Positions 23,065-35,561 of a stretch of DNA of 64,000 nt are shown here, in pieces. Source of the stretch: Setoptus koraiensis (lineage: Eukaryota; Animalia; Arthropoda). Every line of letters starts with the position of its first letter. Within the stretch, counting starts at the first letter, position 1. The notes under the pieces are model-generated. The model did no database searches and had not been told where the DNA came from. It saw only the letters and a list, made by a program, of their open reading frames with translations. A program made the position numbers and the translations under genes. The stretch covers positions 19,034,001-19,098,000 of the forward strand of contig CM106585.1 of NCBI GenBank assembly GCA_048013815.1, written 5' to 3'.

Positions 23065-26000
23065 TGTACTGGCGCCAGTGCGCGGATCGCCCGCTGCCAG
23101 CGCTTACGTAACGCGAGTGCGCCTTACGTAAGCGCTGTAATCCAGTGTAAGTGCGCCCCCACTGCTAATAGCTCCAAGTCGCCGCGTTTGGCCCCAAATT
23201 TGGGGCCAAACGCGGCTAAAGTTGAGAGCGGCTGACACTGTGTTGTTGTGGGCGCCACCTAATGGTACGGTTTTGTGGTCGGAACGCGTTGTGCGACCTT
23301 GCACTGTGAGCCTCGGAGTGGCCAGAGTGTGGGGCCGGCAGTGTCGATGGGTAAATTAAATTGCATGCATCCAGCAACAATGAGCGCCGGCGAGGAGCCA
23401 CGAATTTGCCGGCCATCAAATCAGAGAATCGCCAGCGAATCGCCAGCGAATCGCCAGTGAAGTGAATGAGTCTCAGTTGATGCACCATTGATATCCAGTG
23501 GATGGTATCGTACCACTGGATATCAATAACAGCGACGGCGTCTAGTTAGTAAAATCTAAATCCTTGAATGATGATAGACACTGAAGGGCGCCCCCGACTT
23601 CGGCTCATTGACGGCAGCGGCGGCGCCGGCGACAATATCTCTCGATTTTCGTTTTGCAGCCAGCATTCCGGCGAGCATTGGAATGGCGATTGCGCGAACG
23701 CGAGCATTCGAATCGCCAACAAGCGGCTTGTTTGGCCCATTTGGCCCCTCCATAAATTCTGTTTTATTTCGCCTTTATTTTCGCTTTTATTATTCGGCTC
23801 AGTTTCGCCGTGGCGCCCCGAACTCGACTGCGCCGGCAATGGCACGCACCCAACGGCAATAATAATAATATTTTCAATTTAAAGCGCCCATCAGTGCACT
23901 CTATTCCGTAGGCTGCATGTTGTATTTTACAAGAAATTTAGTATAGTATGGTTTGCAGTGTACGGTGCATGCGGTTCAATAGGGCGGCGCGGCGCCGTGC
24001 GGTACGGAGCGGTGCGGTACGGAGCGGTGCGGTATGGTGCGGTATGGTGCATGTGCCGCTTTGCAACTGCTCTATTTATCCGCCAACTACTGATTGCACG
24101 CTACGAACTCGTGTTACGTCACATGCACACAACAATGTTGAATTTGATTGAAATTGATAAGTCGGCCATGTGCCGTCTGGCTCGGGCCGACTGGTCACTT
24201 CTGGCGCGTTCCGGCGCGCTTTAAATTGATGCCAGCACCTACGTCGAGCAACAACGTCAACTGCAAGTTACAATTGGGGCCCCGTTTCGAGCGGGCTCTA
24301 ATCTGGCGGGCGCCGCTGCCGCCGCCAGCAAACGGGCATCATCATTAGCGAGTTGCACAGCCGGCCAAGAACAATGAGCAGCGAGCAACTAAAATGAAAT
24401 GAAATGAAACGCCAAACTCGGCCCGCTTTCCAGCGGATCCATTCTCCCGTTGTCCCGGCCGAACAGTGCGACGCGGCGCTGTGGGCGCCCGCAATTTGTT
24501 TGACTGGCCGCTGTTGTTCAATGTTTGCCACTGCTGGCCACTAATAGCTTCGTTCGGACGGTGACAAAGTTAATCCATTTATGTATGTTTATATCCGCAC
24601 AGGGCGCGCGCGCGCGCGCGCACAGTGCGCACAGTATTCAATTTATTTCGGGTGCAATTTCCAGTGTCGGGCCCCGGCTCAAACTCATTTGAGCATACGC
24701 GCCCGGCCCAAATTAATCCATCGGCTGCTGGTCAATGCGACCCGATTGGCCGCAGCTTTGGGGGCCGGCTGGCGGGCCCCATCATTGCGGGCCTCATAAC
24801 TTGACTCGTGGCGCCATTTGTAAGAATTAGACGCTCGCATTCACTCATTTATTTATTGCTGGCTGCACAGCGTCGGCACTTGTCACATGAGCCTCTCACG
24901 CGCCTCACAAACAAACACAGGCCAGATAAACAAACGAGCAGATAAACAAATAAGCAGACGACAATCAGACGCTGCCGTCACTCGCTCGCCTGGCGCCAGT
25001 TAGCTCGAGGCCCGGGGATATTTGCATCTGACGATATTTACACCCAGTGTAACAACTGACACTCACACTCTGGCCAGACTTGCAACTGTTGTTGGGCGCA
25101 AGGTGGCGCACAGTGTGTGTGTAAGCCGGCCCCACCAACGATGTGTCGGGCCCAAATGACGACTGAACTGTCTTTCGGGAGCTTGTTTCGGATCGGATAT
25201 TCGCAGAATTGGGCCCGATCGCTATTACTCGCTGTCTATTATCACGATGCTGTGTCGGGCGCATCTGCTAGACTTGTGGCGCTCGCGATCGGCACATAGT
25301 CGGCCCGAGAGCGAACTGTGCCAACTGCGCCCACTGTCATAATTGTTGTTAGATTGTTGTTGCGCAACTCAACCACTACTACTACTGTATAACTGCACTA
25401 CTAATGATGTCGTGCCAATGATTTCGTGCCGCATCGCTCAAAATGTGCGCGCAACCTGCTGTGCCCTTAATACCATTTCAAGAGACATTTTACAAGGATT
25501 TGCAATTCGCAGTCGAATTGCCTTTTTGAAAGGGGATATTTGCTCTTTTTGTGGGCACTGCGTCAGCCTTGTGGACGACATTGGGTCTAGTCGATCGCTG
25601 TTGAGATCACTGAGTTGCAGCCCCGAAATCGGCGGCCCCGAACAATATAATATGGCGCAAAATGAGACTTTCATTTTTTTGCGAAATGGCATACGCCGGA
25701 CAGCGTGCTTCGAACCGCGGATATGCTGCCGATTCTGGATTTCTTGAAATACCAATTTCAATTATTTCAATCATTGAGCAACAACTTGCCGGTGCTCGAG
25801 TGCACTCTCACGCCGCGATATGCTGTAACGATGACGCAATTCTTTTAACTGTGTCAACTGATCGAAATTTCGAACGGTTTGTTAGCTCAGACGCACACTA
25901 TGAGACAAGTGTCTCTCTTTTGGGGCATTTAATTTATTCATTTGCCGCATCGAAGCCGCTCATCGTTTGGCCGACACAACGACCGTTGTCGCGGCCCTCG

Positions 26001-28424
26001 AGCCTCGAGTCTCGGCGAGCTTCGCAAAGACAAAGAAAACGGCGCACAATGGAGTCGTCGCCATTGTATTAATGAGCGGCGTTTGTTGCGAACGCGACTT
26101 GTTAAGACGCCTTCGAAGTGAATCAAGAGTCCGGCGAAACATCAATCAGATGGTCGTCTCATTAAGTAGTCCAGATGTGATACTCCAAGCGATTAAGCGG
26201 TCGCGAGACGCCGCTCCAATTTACATTAAGCTGTCGCTCTCACCACAAATAATCTTACATAATGACGATGATATAGACTTCATTTGAACCAATTTGATTG
26301 CGAGCGCCGGCAGTGCGCGCTGGACAGCGGCACTGCCGGCCGGCGCTCATTCAGACAGAGCTTATTCAGCCAGATCAACGAGCCGATTGAACGAATGGCT
26401 TCGAATGGCGAATTGTTTTGTCAAGTTTTTTTTTTCTATCTCTGTCGCTTCTTGCCGGTCTTGTCTGGGCATGAAATGATGCGCCTAAATGGTAAAATAA
26501 AATTAAAATAAATTAGCAAACAAACGCGACGCAACCAACGCACACAAGAGATTCGTTCGGTCCAACAAAAGATTCACTCAATGCAAATATTGACTCAATC
26601 GGTTGAGTTTATCTTGGATTTGAGCGGCTGGTGCGGCGCTCATCGGGCAAGTGTAGCGATAAATTGTCGTGTAGCGCGAGAAATCGGAGCCGTGCAGCAA
26701 TCGGAGCCGAGCCACTGAATATCCATGCGATGTTCGTCGCAGTGGCGACGCAACTAGCGACAAGAAGCGTCTCGCGCGAAGCTAGAAGAAGACGCTAATC
26801 AAATTAGCTGGTTGTGTTTGCGTTTGAAATATGACCAACGCGTCACACAAATCTGGCAACTCAATTGGCCGCCAGCGAACAATGAGCCGGCCCGACGGTG
26901 ACATGTTGATCGGCATGAGAACTGATCTCGATGTGTCATCTTTGCTGTGTGTCGCCGGCCCCGAGAAGCACTTGAGCGACACGCCAGCGACAGGGTTAAT
27001 TAACTGTCACACAATTATATCACTCGTCGGTTTGCTTGGCTCGGTTTCGGCGCCACTGGGCCCGGCATATGGCGCGTATCACTTACACATATATCAATGG
27101 TATATCTAATGGTATACAAATATATGTGCCGCTGTCAGCAAACTGCTGCAACCATTACGGCCACTTAGAGATGCAAATGTGACAACGGTGCCGACGGTCG
27201 CGACAGCGAAGCCAAACGATTCGCGAACGACGTCTTCATTTCGCTGACAGCGAGCTTGTTTGTTGCCGTCAGTGGCCACTATCGTGGCGACCGGCCGTGG
27301 GCTCGAACACGAACGACCAATCCGAGGCGAAGAGTCGGAAAAAAGTCGAGCTCGTCATGGCCGTTTTATTAATGTTTTGATATGTGCGCTCACTTGGGCC
27401 GCTCGCTAGAAGCCACTAAAAACTCGCAACAACCGATTGCGTTTCGCCAGAATCTCCATAAATCGGCATAAACCAATTCGGTTGCGCCAATTTGGTGCCG
27501 AATTTGTGCGCCGAATTTCGCCAAAGTCGTTTTGTGGTGGCCGGCGGACGCCGGACAGCGCCGCAGACGGCAGCGGCCGGCGTGCCGATAATAAAAATGG
27601 CAATTGCGCAAGGAATTTGCGCTCGTTATCGCACGCAAAGGTTTCGCGTCGCGGAGAGCGATTTCCGAAGCGACACGGGCTCGCGGCGGCACGATAATGA
27701 GAGCATGCATTTGCTGAACTCTGCCCGTCGGAGTCCATTCAACCGGCGGCGCGGCAATTTCGGGCAACCGCTCGCAAACGAGCTACCGCTCGCGAACGAG
27801 CTACCATTCTGTTGGTCGGCGCGACAACTGCGCCCGAACGACCGAACGAGCGCGCCGAATCGCGCAAATTCTTGCGGTCGCTCCGACGCTGAGCGCGGTC
27901 GTCCGACGGAACCAATGGACACATAAAATCCGCCGCTCGTCGCCAGTGGGACACAAACATAAAAGCGAATTTAGCATCGACGGGAGCTGCGGTGCGTGTG
28001 TTCGTCGCGGCGCAAACACCAACGAGCCCGTCAAACAACAAGGAAGCGCCCGAAGCCAGCCGCTCCGTGTCACCGGACGCTCACCGTCAGCGAGCGGGCG
28101 ACATTGGACATTTGACATTCGACAGGTAGCCCAGTGCGATCAGCTGTTCGGCTGGCTTTGACGTGGCTGTGGCGCACGATGACGGCCGATCTAATGTCAG
28201 ATCTACATATCAGAATGGAATGAGACATCATAAAACGGAGCCACTGTCACTGCGCACAGCTGATCATGCCACCAGGTGATTGATTTGACCGGCGGTCAAA
28301 TCAAACCGCACATCGGCGACGCTCGCATTCGCTGTCAGCTGTCATCCAGTCCCAAACTGGGCATCGGCACCCGGGTATCTGGGCACTCTGGCGCGGCTGC
28401 AACTCGCAGAGTCGGTGCAAAATC

Positions 28425-28515
28425 CCAATTCGAAGTCCGAAATTTCGAGTCCGGAGTCCGAAATTTCAAGCCCGAAGTCCGAAATCTCGAGTCCGAAGCT
28501 CGAATTCGGAATGGG
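28425..28515. repeat. Degenerate GTCCGAAATTTC-type tandem array
   Basis: gaagtccgaaatttcgagtccggagtccgaaatttcaagcccgaagtccgaaatctcgagtccgaagctcgaattcg. Confidence 0.7.
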
Positions 28516-31500
28516 ACTGAATCGTGTGCGAGATCGGAATGGTGCGTCGCGCCATGCTGAGCGCCGGCTCGCGCCGGCGTCTCGACAAGCTGCCATTGAT
28601 TAAGTCGATGTCAGCATGCGCCGCTGAATGACAATTATAAAAAGAACGATGGTTGTCGAACGCCGGCCAACAGAACGCAACAGCGACATTGCACAAACCA
28701 ACATGGCCGGCATAATGGATGGGCTGTTTGTGGTTTGTGGTGGCTGGACCCGATTGGTCGTAGATCAATCAAACTTACGACTACTGAATGGCTAATTAGA
28801 CATACAGGTGGCAGCGGTCGGGGTCAGTGGCTCGAGAGACTTGGATGATATTTGATCGTTGAGCGCAATGTCGCGCGCATTTTCATTGTGAGCCGCTCAC
28901 CATTTTGGTGAGCGACAAATTTGCGAATTGTCGGTTTGCGATCTTTCGGTTTCTCGTCGTGCGTTTCCGCACATTCGAGAAGCGAGAGAGTAAATTTCGC
29001 CAATGCCCACACCAATGGCCAGCGTCCACACCAATGGCCAGCGTCCACACCAGTGGCCAACGCTCGCACCAATGGCCGACGGTTGTCGGCCGGTTGGCAA
29101 TTGCTCACTGGACGGCGGGCGAGTCGGCCAGCAGCGAGCTTCTTTATTTGCTCATTAATTTAACACGTGCTTGACATAAATAATCGCCGGCGGGCCGAAC
29201 AGTCGGCGAGTTGTTAATTTATAGTTTTTGCCATTTGTGTGCATTCCGCTTGCTTGTCGAGAGCGAGATGTTCTCGTCGAGAGCGAGATGCTCTCGTCGA
29301 GAGAAGCAGATATTCGCGTCCAGAGAAGAGGAATTTCGACATGCGCTCAACAATCACAGTTTTGCCGAGAGCAGTGGCGCTCGCGACGCAACAAGCCGCC
29401 GAGAGCTTGGGCCGACATTCCTGTTTGCAGTGATGCTGCCATATTTAAAAGTCAAAAAGTAAAATTTACAAGTGCGCTCTCGTCGGTTCGAGTGGCGGCC
29501 ATATTGCTCAGGTTGAGCGGGCGATATGGCGGCCGCGCTGGCATCGCATGCCGACGACGACGACGAGCGCGATGACGAAAACGACGACGGCGACGACGAC
29601 GATGACGACGGAGACGACGATGATGAAAACGAGAATCGTAATGTCAACCGAACGCATGATGAATGGTCAGTTTATATTCGCGTCCAGCGACAAAAGTTGC
29701 CCGGTCGCCCGATTAAGTCAGGCGGCCGCTGTGGGCAAGTTTTCGGGCCGCGAGTTAGACGACAAACTTGTTGAAAAGTTTGCCAACTTGCGCCACACCG
29801 AACAACCGCCCCATGGCATCAACTGTCACCGGCCCGACTGTCACCGGCCCAGCCGACAACAGGTGCCATGGAATGATACGTGATGCCAGCGCATGATAGC
29901 ATGGCACAATGCACTTCCTGTTTGCTGCCCTCCGCTCACAATCGCTGTCAATTGGTCAGTTGGCAGAGCGATTGCGAGCGTCAGCTGACCGAACCGGCCA
30001 GCGACTTTTGCTCATGCCGATTGCGCAAGTTTTGATGGTCACTGGTATCAATTAAATCAATCATTATCTTAACATTATCCGCCACTAACAGGCACACATC
30101 AACAGGCCACTTAGCCACTATTTCGCGCCATTAATTAAGCTCTCACGCGGCGTGCTAATAGTAATAATGATAATAATAATATCATTATATAATGCACTTG
30201 TTACATGTATCCCAAGCTGGCAAGTGGCCAGCGTATCAGTGATACTGATTCAGTATCACAGCGTATGTATGCAACAACCTTCGCAATGCCACAGATGAGC
30301 CACCAGACTGACCACTGGCCACTCTACTGAGTGAAGTTTATTATTGAAACAATTCTTGGCGTGTGAGAGTCGGGCACGCAATTAGCGCTTTGGCCGGCGC
30401 TAATTTAGCAGCGTCATTAGTGGTCACTTCTCTCAACTTGAGAGTCTCAAGTGCTTGCGATATCGTGTGTGTGTGTGTGCTCGGCGATATATTACATACT
30501 ACATATTAATGGCCAATTGGGCATTCGCCCGATCGGCTAATTATTCACCTGTTGATATCGGCGAGTGTGAGCCGAGCATGACGAGCACACACGGTAGCAC
30601 ACCATAATCAACTTTCAAAGCCGATTGTTTGTGTGTCCGTGTGTGTGTGTGTGGCCTCCTTGAGACGATAATTAATTGATTATCGTGCGAAAGTGCTCTC
30701 AAAACAAGCCAGTTCGCGACCAATACGCACTCGCAACAACATTGTGCACTCGTTTTAATCGTTGCAGCGGCGCCATCCTGGGATATCTTTAAATAGCCCG
30801 CGAACAGCTCAAATTGGCCGTGTCCAACTGACCAGCGCCGGACACGCGCTAATTTGCATGCTCTCTTTTCGATTATTTCCACTATTTCAGCCTCTTCGAA
30901 CGGTCGCCGAACGGCAAGCGTGCCAAGCTCGACAAACGAATGTTCCATTGCGACGCGATCAATTGTGCAACCGTTTGTCCACTTACCTGTGGCGATAGGT
31001 CGTTGGCACGAATTGTTGTATTTGTGTCCAGGTGAGTGGCGGTGAGGCGATTCGCGGATCAGCGAGCGATTGTTGCGGTTGTTGTGGTTGTGGTTGTTGC
31101 GGTTGTTGTTGTTGTTGTTGCGGTTGTTGTGGTTGTCGGGATGAGAGAGAATAGGGTCAAATTAGTTTCGAGTGTTGAACTGTTCGAGTGTTTGCCAGTG
31201 AGAACAGTGATCGAGACTCTCGAGTTGAGAGTGCCGAGCCGACAGTAATTTCTCTCGTCCGTCGCGCATCCATCTCTCGCATTTATCTCTCGCTGGCCGT
31301 GATATTTCTCTCTCGCTCTCTCCCTCGCTCTTTTGCCCAATGTGCCGATGGTCAGTCGGTTGCGCCGGCAACAGCGCCGAGCGCCGTAACAAATTAGAGC
31401 AACAACAAGTGACCAACGACGCTCGCCCTCTCGCTCGCTCGCTCGCTTGCTTGTTTGTTTGTTTGTTTGTTTGTTTGTGTCCAGCTAACTAGACACAATT

Positions 31501-32419
31501 CACGCTATTTAGTAAATAGTAAATAGTATTTACCGCCGGGCGGCGCACAATGCACTGGAGCTCTGGCATTTGGCCCGGGCGATACGCCAAACGACAACAC
31601 TCTGTGTTACGTAAGCGCGCCAGCAGCTGCCGATTCAGCAATTTTGCACACACTATCCGCTTTGTTGGCCATTGCCGACCATTGTCGGCCATTGTCGGCT
31701 GTTGTCGGCTGTTGTCGTTGGTCGCCGGTTGTTGTCGGCTGTTGCTGGTCATTGTTGGCCGCCGTTGGCCGCCGCTGATCGGACACTCAATCAAGAGCGA
31801 TCCCGATTGAATGGCATCCCAAATGGACACACAATGCACGCAGACTGCGACCAACGGAGCTGTTTCTATTGAGCCAGGTGAGGGGGCTCAGAAGAGCGAC
31901 GATAAACAAGCAATTATCACTTGTGTTATTATTCATGCGCACACATTACGTAATACACACACACTGACAGGATTAGAGATAGTGCCGATAGAGATGGGCA
32001 AATCTTTTTTTATTGAGACTCATTTTTATTAAGACACACTCACTCGAGGCTAAATTCGCGAGTCAGGCAGTGGAAAAATTAGCACTATTACATAATAAAA
32101 GGGATACTTTTGTTTGCGATAAATGAAAATCAGAAATGGAATGGCGTTGGCCGACACGGCCCACGAGCCGCCTTTTGAAAGACACTTGCGTCTCTGACAA
32201 GAATAACTTGCATCTCTCGTAAGACTCTTACAGTGAGAGACACAAGTTTGGCCAACGCAACGCCAACCACAAAACGGCTCGCATTCGAGTGGCTATCTCA
32301 CACAAATGAGACAAACAACAAATTAGTCACAATTAACCATAAATTTCTTTCTTTGTGCGCCGTCGTCTCTATCAATTTTACACTCTCGTCGTCCAGTCAA
32401 ATATCTGCTGTCCCATCTA

Positions 32420-32519
32420 ATGGTCAGCACGGCAATCATTATCGTCGTCATCACAGTCATTATGGTGGTCGCCAGCATCACGCTTGCCAGTGCGCTGGCC
32501 GCGAGCACAAATATTACAG
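32420..32519 (+). CDS. Putative first coding exon (signal peptide) of a secreted or membrane protein; downstream exons not located
   Basis: ATG...MVSTAIIIVVITVIMVVASITLASALAASTNIT followed by ACAG|GTGAAT. The 100-nt exon ends in phase 1, as signal-peptide exons commonly do. Confidence 0.45.
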
Positions 32520-32933
32520 GTGAATATTTTTTTTATACTACAGGTGAGCGTCAGCTCACCTGTAGTATAAAAAAAATTCGAAATTGCAGAAATTGCCAAC
32601 ATTTCTATTTGCTCGAGCTGCCATATTAACTGGTCAACATTACACTGTTGTGCGCAGGGTGTCCCTGCTAGCACCTAATAATAAGCCGTCATTTTGTCCT
32701 TGCGCTCGCTGGCTACTTTTTGCAGCAACCTTACCTTGCCGCTCACTTACGATCGGCCGTCAGCATCACCATGACATGACCACATGAACCGTGCGCAATT
32801 ACGCCCCGGCCAAATCTAAATTGAATTCAATTGAAATTCATTAATCTCTCTATTTGTTTTTGGCGTTGTTGTCGCTGCCAGGTTGCTCACACGATAACAC
32901 GGCCGCGACAGCACACGAAATCGTCGCCAACAA

Positions 32934-32971
<38 letters not shown>

Positions 32972-33424
32972 CGTCAGCGAGACCATAAAAAGCAGCGAAA
33001 TGACACATAAATTTGGCGCACAACTCAACCCTTTGCCACTTTTGCGCCATTCCCAGCAACTGGCCGCTCGACGAGCACCCTCGCCAGCAACTTCGTCCAG
33101 ATGCTAATCGCAGTTCGTTGCTCGGGCGCAGGTATTGCCCGAGCAGCGAGCGTCGACGCTCACCTTTCGAGTGCCCGAACGAAGCTGCGAGCCGAAACAA
33201 GTGCACCGAAGAAAACGCTGGCTCGCATCATAACAGGCTGTTACGTAATCGCAGCCGCGTCTGCAGTCGGCCGGCGAGCCAGTCAGCGTGAAGATGCGCA
33301 CACAGTCTGCTGGCGCTGTGCTGGCTCTGGCTGTTCGCTGCTGAAATCGTTGCCGAAATTAGTCGCTCCGTGAGCGAATTTTCCATGCAAGCGAAAAAAA
33401 TAAGTGCCGAAAAAAGTTGATATT

Positions 33425-33510
33425 GAAAATTTCGAGCGAAAATTTCGGGCGAAAAATTCAAGCGAAAATTTCGAGCGAGAATTTCGAGCGAGAATTTCGA
33501 GCGAAAATTT
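33425..33510. repeat. 13-bp tandem array (CGAAAATTTCGAG-like, about 6 copies)
   Basis: Read directly from the sequence. Confidence 0.8.
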
Positions 33511-35294
33511 CAGTCCAGCGAGTTGCCGGGTGCAGCTCGAGCGCGACACTCGATTTCGTGTCAAGCCCGATAGGCGATCTGTGGCGCGATGGTGCCGATA
33601 CGGCGGCGACACGACGACTCGGCGAGCCAGCGACGGCTCCGGTTGGCCGAAAAGTGAGCCAATTAAAAATTAAACGAAATCTAATTGTGCGCATGCAGTG
33701 GTCATTTGCTGCCAGGCGCTGGCGGCGCCGTCGTCGCTTTCAGCCCTGAAAAAATTGGCACAGCCAGAGCGGGCTGATTTATCGCGCAAATTGGCCCGAT
33801 TATCGCCACTTTGATTAGCGGAATATCGCTCACAGTGACATGCTGCCATGCCATGCAGTCCGCAGTCCGGCTCGGCCGCTCGCCCGGCCATGGACGCGGA
33901 CAAATTGAGACGTCAAAAGGCATGTGTGTCGCTTCGAGCCTCCGCGCTCAGGTGAGATTATGTGAGATAAAATGAAAAGTTGCATTAGCGTGTGCGTCAC
34001 AAGTGTCCACTGACCACCTAGAGCGATCGCTTGCGCCGGCCGAGCGCTCGTCGAGCGCCAGTCGCTCGAACTTGGAGCTTCGAACGCCACTCACGCCGTT
34101 CGCAGCTCCAACGCCATTCATGCCGGCCGAAGCTCGAACGCCATTCGCGCCGGCCGAAGCTCGAACGCCAGTCGAGCCGCTGCCGCCGGACCGCTCCCCG
34201 AGCGCTCGGTGGCTCGTCAGCGGCGGTGCGGTTGACAGCGCCCACTTTTGACTTCTGGCTGCCACCACATACTTAGCGTCGGTCGGCATGTTGCCGCCAG
34301 TTTATCTTTCTCTTTCTTCGCCCAATTGGCTCAATTGGCTCAATTGGCTCAATTGGCTCGTCCGTCGTGGCGGTCGCAGTTTTGAAATTCGCCCTTGCCG
34401 TGGCTAGTGTGCAACTCCGTTCGGCCGGCCCTGAGTCCAGAAATAAAGTCGCCCGCTAATCCCGTTCCGTGCCGGCTCTTGTCGGCCGCTCTCTCAGCCG
34501 CTCCGTCGGCCGCTCCGTCGACCGCTCCGTCGGCTGCGCTGGCTGTAAGTGGCGGTCATTAGCGAGCGAGAGCTGGCCAACGCTCGCACTCAGCTATCAA
34601 ATATCCATTATCGCCATACCGTTATGTGTGTGCGTTACATTATATAACTTATATAATATAACTTATATAACACAACAATTTAAGCTCGTTAAACAGTGGC
34701 CAAATGAGCAGTGATCAATATGGCCATTTGCCGCTGGCCGTCGCTGGCGTCGCTGTGCAGACGGCCAGAGGATGTGACGGGCTCACAATGGGCCCATATC
34801 ACCGCCAGACACAATATACCGTTATACACGACAGACCGTCGGACTGGGCCTTCGCTACACCCGGCTCACGTTGTGTACAATACACGCTTCTCGAACACAC
34901 AAACGAACGGGTAAAAGAGTCGAGACAGGAAGTGGCAGCGGCGGACACCCACGCCTCACTCGGCTGCTCGGCTCGGTCGCCTACCGGCCGTTGTGCCGTA
35001 CTACGGCTCTGTTGCAACCGTTGTATTACAACGAGATCAGAGCGTCAGTGCGGCTATTATGGCACGGCCATTATAGATTATGATGATGATCCATTAGATC
35101 CATTAGATAATTGTCTCCTTGGCCAAGCAGTGATTGATAATCCGGCCGGGATTATCCGACTGGCGCCGCCGCCGCTAATAACAGCAACAACATAATGGGC
35201 GTCGCGACTCCCACTGGCCGTATCGTGCAACTACTGGCAAGTGAGTGGCCAGCGCCGCCGAGACCGATTGTCATAATCTGACCATGTGATCCCG

Positions 35295-35352
35295 ACTGTA
35301 ACTCGACTGTTACTCGACTGTAACTCGACTGTTACTCGACTGTTACTCGGCT
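35295..35352. repeat. 11-bp tandem repeat (ACTGT[A/T]ACTCG x5)
   Basis: Read directly from the sequence. Confidence 0.85.
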
Positions 35353-35530
35353 GCAAATCTCGTAATTGCTTTTAATTAGTCACACACGCTGGCTCGCTTT
35401 TTCGCTCGCTTTTTTGTGCGCCGTCAAAACAGCGCCACCGTCCCTTCGGCGTCGGCCGCTGCGCCGGAAGTGGCCCGAACTGGCTGTGCCGCTAGCCGAG
35501 CAGTCACAAAAGAGACGAAAAGGGTCGTTG

Positions 35531-35561
<31 letters not shown>

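Noticed and set aside
24604-24621. (GC)9 tract with Z-DNA potential
   Set aside because: A simple dinucleotide repeat in a CpG-rich region with no linked feature.
25340-26290. AT-richer patch with several 100-135-aa ORFs, possibly a decayed gene or transposon
   Set aside because: No recognisable motif, and the frames cannot be joined with convincing splice sites; a BLASTX search would be needed.
32526-32577. Hairpin flanked by T and A tracts as a bidirectional intrinsic terminator
   Set aside because: The context is eukaryotic Pol II genes; rho-independent termination does not apply.
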